Source: Chiloscyllium plagiosum (Eukaryota). Taken from it: 64,000 bases of DNA. A program made the position numbers and the translations under genes. The notes beneath the pieces are model-generated. The model did no database searches and had not been told where the DNA came from. It saw only the letters and a program-made list of their open reading frames with translations. Positions within the stretch are counted from its first letter, which is position 1, and each line of letters starts with the position of its first letter. Where the stretch lies: positions 79,026,500-79,090,499 of the forward strand of contig NC_057711.1 in assembly GCF_004010195.1 (NCBI RefSeq). Direction: 5' to 3'. Below are positions 11,284 to 23,992 of this stretch, piece after piece.

Positions 11284-12495
11284 ATGATCACATTTCACAT
11301 TAATGTCATCACACTACCTAATGTGTTTGTGAAAATTCAAATGAACCATTCTCAGAAAACTGCTGACAATTCACTATTGGTTAAGATTGACACAGGGACA
11401 AGTGCCAATATACTACTCCTGCAAATTGTAAGAAACCTACAGATACAAGAAGCCATAAATTGTATGAATATAAAACGTTCGGTATTCAACTGTTCACCAA
11501 TTCCATGTGCAACATCACTTGTGCGAGAGTAAATATGCAATATGCCTGGATACCTCAGATGTTCTCTATTGTAGATGTTGGACAGCAACTGCAGGTATAT
11601 CAGCATGCTGTGACTTCACTCTGGATGTAATTCATGGAAGAAGTCAAATAGCACAGAAACGACAGAAACCACATCCAAATCTTCCAGAAATACTTGCAGA
11701 ACTTTGTATGAAGAAGGAATGGAAAATTACACTTCTTTCTGAATTAGAGGAACCAAAATCTAATCTTTCTGTTATGGAGAGAAGAAAAATAAAGTTCATG
11801 AAGAAGAGACTGAGAAAAAATCCAAATTTGAAAATTCTATCTCTTTGATGATGACATCTTCTCTAAGGGATACCTCAGCTCATACAGATGAATGAAGATC
11901 TGGAAGAGAAAGAAAGTTAACAAAATCCATCATCAATGTGGTGAGAAAATTAACAATTTACAGAAAGATCTGGAGCAACTTGCAATAAAACAGATTAGGC
12001 TCCATTGGAGCAGCTTGAGGAACAAAATCAGACAATGGTTAATCTGAAGGAAAGCCTGGCTGTAATGTATTAGGATAAATGAGTCCTAAGGTAAAAACAA
12101 TGACTGCAGATGCTGGAAACCAGATTCTGGATTAGTGGTGCTGGAAGAGCACAGCAGTTCAGGCAGCATCCGAGGACAGGCAAAATCGACGTTTCGATTT
12201 TGCCTGTCCTCGGATTTTGCCTGTCCTCGGATGCTGCCTGAACTGCTGTGCTCTTCCAGCACCACTAATCCAGTAAATGAGTCCTAGAATAGCTACTGCA
12301 GTGCATGACAAAAAAATGTGACAAAGAGAAATGACTGAAAATATAACTGGTGACTGGAGAAAACAGTACCATTACCCGGTAAAATCATCATCATGAAATT
12401 TAGACATATCAGAAAATTGTCTTTACATTGTGGAGACTTGTAGATTCACTTATTATTGTAAATAGTTAAACTTTATTTTGGAAAAGAGGGGTTAT
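11284..12495 (+). mobile_element. Gypsy-type LTR retrotransposon remnant (aspartic protease, polypurine tract)
   Basis: LLVKIDTGTSANIL retropepsin motif in ORF 11284-11532; purine tract ggaaaagagggg at ~12480-12491 followed by TGT; probable 3' LTR beyond, broken by a SINE and a CR1. Confidence 0.55.
12089..12273. mobile_element. Penelope-derived foldback mini-element (family A)
   Basis: Arms 12127-12189 / 12194-12273 match the pseudo-LTR at 31420-31522; 17-bp internal duplication; 13-bp TSD taaatgagtccta at 12076-12088 and 12274-12286. Confidence 0.9.
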
Positions 12496-12504
12496 TGTAT
12501 GAGT

Positions 12505-12825
12505 GGGCGGCACGGTGGCACAGTGGTTAGCACTGCTGCCTCACAGCGCCAGAGACCTGGGTTCAATTCCCGCCTCAGGTGACTGACTGTGTGGAGTTTG
12601 CACATTCTCCCCGTGTCTGCGTGGGTTTCCTCCGGGTGCTCCGGTTTCCTCCCACAGTCCAAAGATGTGCAGGTCAGGTGAATTGGCCATGCTAAATTGC
12701 CCGTAGTGTTAGGTAAGGGGTAAATGTAGGAGTCTGTGTGGGTTGCGCTTCGGCGGGGCGGTGTGGACTTGTTGGGCCGAAGAGCCTGTTTCCACACTGT
12801 AAGTAATCTAATCTAATCTAATCTA
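12505..12825 (+). mobile_element. HE1-type tRNA-derived V-SINE, full length
   Basis: A box tggcacagtgg, B box gggttcaattccc, V-domain ctccccgtgtctgcgtgggtttcctccggg, CR1-derived tail and (aatct)n. Confidence 0.95.
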
Positions 12826-12929
12826 CCTTGCCTTTAAGAGAGTTCATCTTTAACAAATCCACATTGATGCATACAAAGTTATGACAACACTTGCTAATAT
12901 GTTTACTGTGGGTTTACCAGCTGCAGACA

Positions 12930-13200
12930 TAGGAATTCATAAGACCATAAGACATAGGAGTAGAAATTAGACAATTCAGCCCATCGAATCTGCTGCACCA
13001 TTCAATCATGGCTGATAATCCCCATTCTCAACTCCATTCTCTACTTTCTCCTCATAACCCTTCATCCCCATGATATTCAGGAACATATCTATCTTAGTCT
13101 TAAATATACTCAATGACCTAGCCTCCACAGCCTCTTGTGGCAATGAATTCCATAGATTCATCACTTTCTGGCTGAAGAAGTTTCTCCTTACTTCTGTTCC
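12930..13200 (-). mobile_element. CR1 3' end
   Basis: EVRRNFFSQKVMNLWNSLPQ motif; cataagac tail repeats. Confidence 0.9.
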
Positions 13201-13712
13201 AGTCAGTTGATTTGTTATAATGCCTGTTTCATGATTTGTAATATACTTTACTGATTTAAGTAAACTAATCCACAAAGTCAATCAATCCCTGATGAGCAAG
13301 TGTTGAGGGTGAGCTGATGTTATGAATGCTAGCCATGAGTTGTGATTGATAGAGATTTTTAGTAGATGAGAGAGTATGATGTGGTGCACTTGGCAGTTGG
13401 ACCAAGGTGAGAGTAGTAGTGCATTTGGTGGAATATTGCATTTGAATTACTGATCTTGTCACTCGTGGAAGTCATTGACCATGTTGTGACATTCGACTAG
13501 GCCACTGCTGCTTGACTCCTGGCACTGACAGCCTTGGCCACATGTTATACCTGATTTCTAAAAGTATGTCTGAAGGACTTTCTGTCCCCCATAGATGAAA
13601 CACACCCCTTTTCCTTTGATCAAATCCTTTAGCATTGTGTAAGGAGATCATTTGGCCTGCCCTCCAGTATGTTGTACCATTACTATGTCTTTTTTGATTT
13701 CAGAGTAAGTTC

Positions 13713-13995
13713 CTTGATTGATTTATTGTCGTTACATGTAACGAATTACAGTGAAAAGTGTTGTCTTGCGTGCTATACAGGCAGATTGTACCATACAAAG
13801 TGCAGAATATCAGAATACTGGGATATCAGAACAGACTGCAGAATTCACTGTTACAGCCGCATAGAAGGTGCAGAGATAGAGAGATCAAAATTAACATTGA
13901 GAGGTCCATTCAAAAGTCTGACAACAGCGGGGAAGAAGCTATTCTTGAATTTGTTCATGCTTGTATTCAAACTTTTATATCTTCTGCCTGACAGC
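13713..13995 (-). mobile_element. Rex1/Babar-type LINE 3' end
   Basis: SGRRYKSL..KFKNSFFPAVVRLLN C-terminal motif; 3' UTR cttttcactgta..acgacaataaatcaatcaa. Confidence 0.8.
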
Positions 13996-15989
13996 AACAT
14001 TGCAAATCCACTTTGAAAGGTCAGGATGGCTTTACCTCTCAGCTTTAGACCCCTACTAACACATGCTGTCACAAGACAGCACTGTTACCATTGAGCTCAC
14101 AGAAAAATCAAGTAAATTAGCCAGCTTCACAATGTCGCTGTGCTGTTGCATTAGTAATCCCACATCACGATCCTGCCTGTTTTTCACATCAGTTAGATGT
14201 AACATCTCATCCAAAATAGAGCATTTCTAACAATGTAGTCTTTAAGACTACACTGAAGTATCAAGGTTAACTATGTGTTAATGTATTTGTCTTAAGCTCA
14301 AATTCAAAATCTCCTCACTTAGAAATATGAGATAAACTGAGGAATACAAAATGTAATGAGAAGAATGTCCTTTGTTTATCACACATTTCACATCATTAAT
14401 GACTTCAGTTTCTTTATTTTCCCAAGATGGGATGTATAAACATGAGAAAATGCTATTAAATTTCTCACCAAATTCTCAAGATCACCTACATATTTCATAG
14501 TGACAGGTTTTGCTTCAGAGGCACTTTTTATTTTCCAGAAGGACTAAAATTACAGTGGTCCAGAAAGAATTTGAGAATTTTTGTCAATGTTCATACTTTA
14601 GTAACATTCTTAGTCAAATATTTTTAGCCAAACTTGAGGTAACCTTCTTAATATAGCATTAATTACATATGATCTACAATATATATGGAATAGAGGGGGA
14701 AGGATGATAATAATCTTCTAAATTTGCTTGAGGATTGTCAGTTTTGCTTCTGTGCTCTTTAATTCTATGATTATAGACATGATAATTTTGAATGTTTGCA
14801 AAGCTGATCGCTAATTTTAGAGTGGGTTTTTGGAATGCATACAAAGTTAAACAAATAGGATATGGGAAAACACATGGAACATAAAGGCAGTAGCAACAAA
14901 AACAGAAGTTATTAACTGTTAAAACAAAGAATTTTATATGTCTATTTAAAAAAATAGAACCGCTGAGTTGTCCTGATATCTTGGGACAAGTGGACTAATC
15001 CATAGTATTTCAAATCTGATAGAAGACCACACAAAGATGTTGGATCTCAGGATAGCACAAAACAAAATAACAACTTGTTTAACAAAAGCACAGTATTGTA
15101 ATGCTCAATATTTATATGTTTATCACACTGCAAAAGTATTTAACATTTAGCATATTCATTGAAGATGTTGCTTCCTCAAATCCAAATTAGCATTTGATCA
15201 TTTCTTTTGGCAAATAAAACAAGATAACATGTAAATTTCACAAATTACTTGCAAAATCCACATGCCAATGTGTTTCCTAGCATCAAACTCAATTGGAAAT
15301 ATGAAAAGGTTTATTCTTCCAAAGTGAAAACGTGAATACATTAATATTTTCATTTGTTTAGTTTAGGGGATGAAATTGGTTCTCTTTTCATAATTGTTTT
15401 ATAGACAATTCTGGGTTCTGGAAAATTATATTAAAATTGACTAACTGACTTAAGACTTTTTGACTAAAGTGGTGAACTAATTATAACTGTTTGGGAAGTA
15501 CTGTGGCAGGTATTTTATGTGAGACCTATTCTCAGCATTCAAGTTTCAGTTAGTTCAGAGGAAAAGATATGTGACATTTATAGGTGCCATTGTATGTTTA
15601 GAGTTATTGGTGACAGGTCAGGAAAAGTAGAAATGTGTGAAGATATGTGTTTGCAAAATTATATATTCAGCATGATTGAGAAAAGTTATCAAAATATTGT
15701 CTGTTGGTAAGTGGGTAGGGAAAAATCCTGTTATGTGTAACCCTGTAAAATTTTGAACAGGCTGCAACAGTGACTGTGGTGCTGGTCAAGCTAGGTTTAA
15801 ATGAACCATAAAGAGATGAATGGAATTAAGCAAATTTGCAGAGCTTGTCATTAAACATGCAGCACTGCAGGTTCAATATACAAATACTTATTTGTACACG
15901 AGTGTAAGTTGATGAAAAGCAAACTGCAAAGCTGTCAGAACTCAATACTCTACCAAGTCAGTACAATCCTTCCATATATTGTAGACACT

Positions 15990-16455
15990 GCCAAAACTAT
16001 GGAAAGACTGTCTTGTGAGGAGAGGTTGACTAGATTGGGCCTGCACTTGTTTGAATATAGAAGAATGAGAGGTGGCTTTATTGAAATATACAGAATTCTT
16101 TGGGAATTTAATGGGGTAGATGTGTCTTGTGAGAAAATCTAGGACCAGAGGCCATAATCTCAGTGTAAGTGGTTGCTCCTTTAAGACATCTACAGAGATG
16201 AGGTCGAATTTCTTCTCTCAGAGGGATATGAATTTGTGGAATTCTTTACTGCAGAGAACTGTTAAGGTTGAATCATTTCGTATATTCAAGGCTGAGGTAG
16301 ACAGATTTTTATTTATTAAGGCAATCAGAAGTTATGAGGAAAGGGCAGGAAAGTGTAGTTGATGATTATCAGATCAGCCATGATCTTTGTAAAATCGGGG
16401 AGCAGACTCGGGTTGAATGGCCCACTTCTGCTCCTACATCTTATAATTTTATGAT
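15990..16455 (+). mobile_element. CR1 3' end
   Basis: EERLTRLGL..RRMRG; RTRGHNL..FFSQRDMNLWNSL. Confidence 0.9.
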
Positions 16456-17169
16456 CATATTTATTTTCATGATGTGCAAAATACAGCTAGAAAGCAGAAA
16501 TTTCCACTTTTATCAAGAACAATTGAAAACATTAGTAGAAATATTACAGATGCCTTGTTGTATATTTGACCAAATGAAGTGCGCTTCAGTAGGCAGTTGG
16601 TCCTTATCACCTTATAGTGTTATCTATGATTGACAGCAGATGTGCTTTCTCCATTGATAAGACAACTCTGGGACTACCTTGCCTTTATGTATTGTTCCAC
16701 TGAGTTACTGGGGTTTGTAATATAGTCTGCTGCAACTTCTTCAGTAACCATCTCCATCGTGCGTGACACGTGTTGATGCAAATGAGCTGCTAGAGCTGTT
16801 GCACTAACAGTGAACAGTTTAAGCAATACTCATCTTAAGTAATTAGTATAGAAGTTCTCTACAGATTTTTTTTCGTGGGAACTGAACTGTGAAAGGAGTT
16901 CATATTTTTATTTCATAAAAGACAAATTGTCATATCCAGCAGCAAGATATGATGAATAGCTCTCTAAGTTGTATTAAAAGACTCCTGTCCCCCTGAGGGA
17001 TGTTGTTACTTTTTGATTAAACTTCAAGCATCAAAATACACCGAGTTAGACTTCAAATCAATATCTCTTTTATCCCTTTACAGGGAAAGAGCTTCAGTAG
17101 AAAGTTGTCAGAATTATATAGGCATTCCTATTTGCAATTCTGATTTTTTTACAAATCAAAGCTGAAAAC

Positions 17170-18343
17170 AGTGATTTCTGTAAAGTATTAGATGACCTAT
17201 ATAAAGACTAGGTGATAAATAACTGGCAAGATATTTAAAGCACTCTTTATAAGAGATGGACAATGAACCTGCGTGTTAGGCAGGAAGTCTGATGAAAGCT
17301 GATAAATGTTGTCCTGCAGGTAACACCTATAAGATGTGTGTGAAATCTATATTTCCAGAATTCTCATCTTGAAATTCTGACTGTATCCATATCTGCGGCC
17401 CATCACCCCCTCTTTATATAATTATTTGTATTATAATATTGATAAGATGCTCCAAATAGACTATTGAATAAGGTCAGAGGATGTGAAGTCAGAGAATGAT
17501 TGGCAGAATGGAATACTAACTAGCTTTGAAACACAAAGCAGAGGACCAAAGGGTGGGTTTTCAAAGGCAGAGAAGGAGAAACTGGCATTAGACAGTATTC
17601 AGTGCAAGGGTTAATGCTGTACATGGTCTCCTTTTCTGAAGAAGGATGCTCTTGCTCTTGAGGGAATGCAGCGATGGTTTCCCAGGCTGATTCTGTGATG
17701 TCAGGACTGATGTCTGAGGAGAGATTGACTAGGTTAGGATTGCTTTTGCTGGAGTTCAGACAAATGAGGGGAGACTTATGAAATTCTAAAACAACTAGAC
17801 AGGGTAGATGCAGGCAGGATGTTCCCAACGGTAGGTGTGTACAGAACTGGGCATCACAGTCTGAGGATTCAGGCTAGACCACTTAGGACGGATATCAAAA
17901 GACATTTCCTCACCCAAAGAATGGTGAGCCTGTGGAGTTCATTACCACAGGAAGTAGTCGATGCCAAACCATTGAATGTATGGAAGAAGTGGCTAGATAT
18001 AGCATGTGTGGTGAAAGGGATCAAAGATTATAGGAGAAAGCAGGAATAGGATATTGAGTTGAATGATCAGCCATGATCGTGATGAATGGTGGAGAAGGTT
18101 AAAATGGCTGAAAGACCTCCTCGTACTCCTACCTTTTACGATTCAATGTTTCTATAATTTTCATGAACAATTTGGACGTTGATATAAGTGTCGCAATTTC
18201 TAAATTTGTGCATGACACCAAACTGGCAGGAATGTCATCACTAAGAAGGATTGTACCAAATTACAGGAGGACATTAATATACTTGTAAATTGGGCAAAAA
18301 AATTGGCTGACACAGATAAATGTGAAGTGGTACATTTTGTTAG
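17170..18343 (+). mobile_element. Old CR1 RT remnant with a younger CR1 3' end (~17620-18155) nested in it; continues after the LTR at 19732
   Basis: Decayed DFCKVLDD, KFVHDTKL and aaatgtgaagtggtacatttt motifs; ORF 17819-18049 FLTQRMVSLWSSLP. Confidence 0.7.
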
Positions 18344-19731
18344 TGTGATGTAGGGTGCATGATATTTTTAAAAATTATATGAATATAACTTACTTCAGTT
18401 TTTGGACTTTGAACTTGTGGTATGTGCATATATAAGAGGATAATAAATAACTTTTCAGGTTTTTTGGAGTCAGTAGTTTTAAACCAGTATGCAAGAGAGG
18501 GAGAGAGAGAGAAAGAGAGAGAGAGTGTCTATGGAATGATAGTGGGAATTTGCTTGCATTGTGTGAGATTTACAATTGGATAGAATAAACATTGAAAATC
18601 ATATGATTGCTTTCAGTTTAGAATAACGAGGAATTGATTTTGTTCTTTAGGGGGATAAACCCATAGCTTGGAAAGTTTTTGATTTCAGTTCATAGAAATC
18701 CTGGTTGAAATTAAAAATACAGAACTATTTCTCCTGGAGAAAGGAAGTGGTTCAGAAAAGTTAGGCAATAGATTGCCTTTGTGTAAGGGTTGGGTTTTAG
18801 TGGAAAAGTCCAGATCAGTATTGTTTGGCTATAACTCTGAAGCTGAGCAAGTCTAAGATTAGGTGTGTGACTAATTTACTGAGCAATTTAATAGAATGCT
18901 TTCAATAAAGAGAAACGTCATAAACTAAAGATGGTTTGAAGAAGTTGGGACTTTTTTCCCTGGATAGAAGAAGGCTGAAAATAGATCTAATAGGGATTTT
19001 CAAAATCATGAGTGGGTTGAACAGGGTTAATAGAGTGAAACTGTTTCCACTTATAAAGGAAATAAGAATGAGAGGACATAGATTTAAAGTGACATGCAAA
19101 CGAAGCAAGTGTGACAGGAGAAAACCTTTTCACACGGCGAGTTGTTCGAATTTGAAATGCACTTCCTGGAAATGTGGTGGAGGCAGGTTCCACTGAGATA
19201 TTCAAGAAGGCATTGGATGTTTGGGTAGTAGTAGTGTGCATGGATATGGGGAAAAAGCAGGAGACTGGCACTAGATAATAGAAATGGATGAAATTATAGG
19301 TCCAGTGTAGGTACAATGGGCCAAAAAGCCTCCTTCTGTCCCATAACAATTCTGTGATTGTGAAATCAAGAAAGACCATTCATAACCAGGCATTCAAAAA
19401 ATAGTTACATTCAAGCTATGAATGCGATAGAGAAAGAAACTCTTTTTGATGTTTGGATACTGTTAAACGATGATGTTGGGATAAATGGCATATTTTTACT
19501 GTGTTTCAAAATCTTTCAAATTATGCTATATGTAAATAGCTTGGTTCATTCCATATGCTTTGTGTAACAAACGTCTGATTTATTGTTAAAACTATATCAC
19601 TAATATTGCATACTTATATTTCAGTGAAAGACCATCTTGTTGAATAAAAACAAAACAAAATATTTTTATCAAGCCAGATTTTGGTCTGGAATTTGACTTG
19701 TCCATAGATAAAATCAACTGGAATCGTAACA
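18344..19731. mobile_element. Solo LTR with nested CR1 fragment
   Basis: TGTGATG...CGTAACA termini; TSD gttag/attag; removing it rejoins the CR1 motif cattttg-ttag-gaagaat. Confidence 0.65.
18900..19360 (+). mobile_element. CR1 3' end
   Basis: ORF 18936-19196 LGLFSLDRRRLKIDLI..RGHRFK. Confidence 0.9.
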
Positions 19732-19959
19732 ATTAGGAAGAATAGAAAAGTCATGAAGTATGTGAAAAGCCCAAGAATACATGGGATGTAGGAACAATAG
19801 TGGAGTACAAATGCACCAAGCTCTTCAACACAGACTAGTATGGCTATAAAAAAATACAATCCAGTCATAAGGTTTAATTTCTTGAAGGACTGAGTTGAAA
19901 AGTAGAAAAAATATGCTAAACCTAAATCGCATGTTCGCATCACATTTAAAGCATTATTT

Positions 19960-20825
19960 GCTGTTTTGGCTATCCTATTTTAGAAAAAATATTTTAAAAA
20001 CATGACAAGGGTACAGAAAAGATTTACAAAGGTGTTGCTAAAGTTGGAGAATTTGAGCTAAAGGAAGAGGCTGAATAAGCTGGGGCTGTTTTCCTGGAGC
20101 GTCAGAGGCTGAGGGGGGACTTATAGAGGTTTATAAAATCATGAGGGGCATAGATAGGGTAAATAGACAAGGTCTTTTCCCTGAGATGGGAGAGTCCAGA
20201 ACTAGAGGGCATAGGGTGAGGGTGACAGGAGAAAAATTTATAAGGGACCCAAGAGGCAACTTTTTCATGCAGAGGGTGATGTATTGGACAGAAGGAGGCT
20301 GTTTAGCCCATTGTACCTACACTGGTCCTATAATTTCACCCATTTCTATTATCTAGTACCAGTCTCCTGCTTTTTCCCCATATCCATGCTCACCACTACT
20401 ACCCAAACATCCAATGCCTTCTTGAATATCTCAGTGGAACCTGCCTCCACCACATTTCCAGGCAGTGCATTCAAATCCTAACAACTTGCAGTGTGAAAAA
20501 GTTTTCTCCTGTCACAATTGTTTTGTTTGCATGTCACTTTAAATCTCTGCCCTCTCATTCTTTTCTCCTTTACAAGTGGAAACAGTTTTACTCTATTAAC
20601 CCTGTTCAACCCACTCATGAGCTGCCAGAGGAAGTGGTGGAGGCTGGTACAATTACAACATTTAAAAGGCATCTGGATGGGTATATGAATAAGAAGGGTT
20701 TAGAGGGATATGGGCCAAATGCTGGCGAATGGGACTAGATTAGTTTAGGATATCTAGTCGGCATGGACAAGTTGGACTGAAGGGTCTGTTTCTGTGCTGT
20801 ACATCTCTATGACTCCATGACTCTC
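19960..20825 (+). mobile_element. HER1-type CR1 3' end, split by an inverted insertion
   Basis: MRGIDRVNRQGLFP..RTRGH..FFMQRV, then ELPEEVVEAG resumes at ~20619; ctatgact tail. Confidence 0.9.
20286..20620 (-). repeat. Inverted local copy of 19006-19341
   Basis: Reverse complement aligns over ~335 bp at roughly 90% identity (estimated by eye). Confidence 0.9.
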
Positions 20826-21059
20826 TGATTATATTGGAAATGAAGATGTATACAACTAAAGATTGACAGACTTGGTCTCTTTTTGCTTGAAAAAAGAAGA
20901 CTGATGGGAGTCCAAAGAGAGATCTTTAAAATTAGGAAAGGTTTTCTGATGGAGTGAATAAAGAGAATATATCCTCTGCTGGGTGGATCATAGCTAGAGG
21001 CCATTATTGTAATATAGTCATCAAGAAATCTGAAAGGAGATTCACAATGAAACTTTTTG

Positions 21060-21880
21060 CTGCTTCACCAATGACCTTTTCATCATGATATCCGAAATGG
21101 GGAGGTTCATTAATGATTGCACAATGGTTAGCACCGTTCATAAGTCCTCAGGTACTGAAACAGGCTATGTCTACATGGCAGCAAGACCCAGGTGACATTC
21201 AGACTTGGCCTAATTAGTGCCAGGCAGTCACCATCTCTAACAAGAGAGAATCTAAAATTGAACTCTGTCAGCATTGAATATCATTAAATTTACCATAACA
21301 CTGGGTTGTGGTCTAACCGGTTTGTTTGGAAGTACAAGCTCTTGGCGCACTGCTCCTTCATCAGGCAGCTAGCTCAGAGGGCTTGTGTTTCCAAGTGGAC
21401 CGGTTGGACTCTAACCTGGTGTTGTGTGATTTTTAACTTTGTCCACCCCAGTCCAACACCAGCACCTCAATAAATTTCCCAACATGCATATCCTGGGGAT
21501 TACTGTTAGATAGGAATTTAACTGGACCAACCATATAACACTGCAACTAAAAGAACAGGCAAGAGACTGGGAATTCTATTACAGTAATTCATTTTTTGAC
21601 TCCTCAAAACCTGTGCATCATCTACTAGGCACAAGCCAAGAGCGTGATCATATACTATCCACTTGTCTGGATGATTGCAGATCCGAAAGCTGTCACGAAG
21701 CCTGGATCCATCAGGACAATGTTTGCTCATCACCCCATCCAACACTTTAAATATTTACTCCCCCCATCACATGTTCACAGCGACAACAATGTACAAAATC
21801 TACATGATGCATTGCAATAACTTTCCAGGCCTCCTTTGACAGTACTTTCCAAACTCATTACTTCTACCAATTAGAAGAAC
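21060..21880 (+). mobile_element. Degraded LINE of a second CR1/L2-related lineage (RT to C-terminus)
   Basis: Decayed FINDCT-like motif, gtgccaggcagtcaccatctctaacaagagagaatcta and ctactaggcacaagccaagagcgtgat segments. Confidence 0.55.
21291..21470. mobile_element. Degraded Penelope family-B foldback mini-element
   Basis: Minus-strand pseudo-LTR ending at gctccttcatcagg (~21352-21365), then a plus-strand copy ending ccagtccaacacc; taaattt on both flanks. Confidence 0.65.
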
Positions 21881-21892
21881 AAGGGGGGAAAA

Positions 21893-22245
21893 CAGAATCA
21901 TAGAATCCCTACAGTGTGGAAACAGGCCCTTCGGCCCAACAAGACCACACCAACCTTCCAAAGAGTAACCCACCCAGACCCATTCCCCTAACCTATTACT
22001 TGACATTTACTTCTAACTAATGCACTTAATCTACACATCCCTGAACAATATGGGCCATTTAGCATGCCCAATTTCCTAACCTGCACACCTTTGGATTGTG
22101 GGAGGAAGCCAAAGCATCCAGAGGAAACTCACGCAGACATGGGGAGAATGTGTAAACACCACACAGACAGTCTCCCAAGGCTGGAATCAAACCCAGGTCC
22201 CTGGTGCTGTGAGGCAGCAATGCTTACGACTGAGCCACCATGCCA
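21893..22245 (-). mobile_element. HE1-type SINE
   Basis: Reverse complement matches 12505-12825. Confidence 0.9.
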
Positions 22246-22544
22246 TTCAATAGGGATGGCGTCCAGTCATGTCTCAGGTTGACTGAGTAAACTAGCAAAA
22301 TTTGCATCCACCTTTGCGGGAAGGCTCAGAAATCCTCTGGAAAAATGGAGCACCTTCACGTTTAACCTCCAATGTCTCTTTCTTAGTCACAGACCATTTC
22401 GACTTGAAATTAAAGGATCTTCCTTCGTTGTGACTGAGTCAAATTGCTGAAACATTCTACCTAACAGTATTGTGAACGTACCTACATAAAATGTAGGTAT
22501 TCAAGAACACAGTTAAACACAATCCTTTCAAAGACAATACAAGT

Positions 22545-22903
22545 GGAGATGTTGTTATAATTGTAATGTCACTGGACAAGTAATCCAGATAATACTCTAG
22601 CAGAATGGGTTCAATACCACAATGTCAACTGATGTAATTTAACTTCAATGAAAAAATCTGAAATTAATAGCTTACTTCAGTACTGGTAACTATTAAGTTA
22701 TCATCAGTTGTTGTAGAAAATAAAACTGGTTCTCTAATGTCAATTAGGGAAAGTAATCTGCCATTCTTACCTAATCAGACCTACATGTGACTCCAGACCA
22801 TAGCAATGTAGTTAACTCTGATCTGCCCACTGCAATAACTCAGCAAGCTATTCTGTTTAAGGGCATTTGGGACTAGGCAATAAATGCTGGTCTTTCCAGT
22901 GAC
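22545..22903 (+). mobile_element. tRNA-derived SINE of a second family (tail ggcaataaatgctgg)
   Basis: B-box-like gggttcaatacc; core cctacatgtgactccagacc; homologous to 36670-37000 on the minus strand. Confidence 0.65.
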
Positions 22904-22906
22904 TTA

Positions 22907-23368
22907 ATGTTACCAGGGTTGGAGGGCTTGAGCTATAGGGAAAGCGAGAATAGACTGGGGCTATTTCCCCTGGAGCATTGGAGGCTTAAGGGGTGACCTT
23001 ATAGAGGTTTATAAAGTCATGAGGGGCATGGATAGGATAAATAGACAAGGTCTTTTCCCTGGGATGACAGAGTCCAAAATGGGAGGGCATAGATTTATGG
23101 TGAGAGGGGAAAGATTTAAAAGGGACCTAAGGGGCAACACTTTCATGCAGAGGGTGGTGTGCGTATGGAATGAGCTGCCAGAAGAGGTAATTGAGGCTGG
23201 TATAATTACAGCTTTTAAAAGATATCTGGATATGTATATAAATAGGAAGGGTTTAGAGGGATATGAGCCAAATGCTGGTAAATGGGACTGGATTTATATG
23301 GAATATCTGGTCGGCATGGACGAGTTGGACTGAAAGGCCTCATTCTGTGCTGTATATCGCTATGACTG
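22907..23368 (+). mobile_element. HER1-type CR1 3' end
   Basis: ORF 23019-23333 MRGMDRINRQGLFP..QRVVCVWNELP; ctatgact tail. Confidence 0.95.
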
Positions 23369-23992
23369 TTTATTGGTCAGAGTATTGAGTACAGGAGTTG
23401 GAAAGTCATATTGCAGCTGTATAGGACATTGGTTAGGCCACTTTTGGAATGTTACGTGCAATTCTGGCCTCCTTTCTATAGGAAGGATGTTATGAAACTT
23501 GAAAGGGTTCAGAAAAGATTTACAAGCATGTTGCCACGGTTGGAAGATTTGAGCTATAGGGAGAGGCTGAACAGGCTGGGGTTGTTTTCCCTGGAGTGTC
23601 AGAGGCTGAGGGGAGATTTTATAGAGGTTTATAAAATAATGAGGGGCACAGATAGGGTAAATAGACAAAGTCATTTCCCTGGGGTGGGAGAATCCAGAAC
23701 TAGAGGGCATAGGTTTAGGGTGAGAGGGGAAAGATATAAAAGAGACCTAAGGGGCAACGTTTTCACGCAGAGGGTAGTACGTGTATGGAATGAGCTGCCA
23801 GAGGAAGTGGTGGCGGCTGCTACAATTGCAATTTTAAAAGGCATCTGGATGGGTATATGAATAGGAAGGGTTTTGAAGGGATATGGACCGGGTGCTGGCA
23901 AATAGGACTACATTAGGTTGGGATATCTGGTTGGCATGGCCGAGTTGGACTGAAGGGGCTGTTTCCATGCTGTACATCTCTATTACTCTATG
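23369..23992 (+). mobile_element. HER1-type CR1 3' end, head-to-tail with the previous copy
   Basis: ORF 23411-23860 LYRTLVRPLLECYVQFW..RTRGH..WNELP. Confidence 0.95.

Noticed and set aside
12505..12580. tRNA gene
   Set aside because: A/B boxes continue into the V-domain and LINE-derived tail, so this is a SINE head; the same holds for the other copies.
17084..17320. Exon after strong acceptor ctcttttatccctttacag
   Set aside because: Frames stop early and the downstream sequence is decayed CR1 RT.
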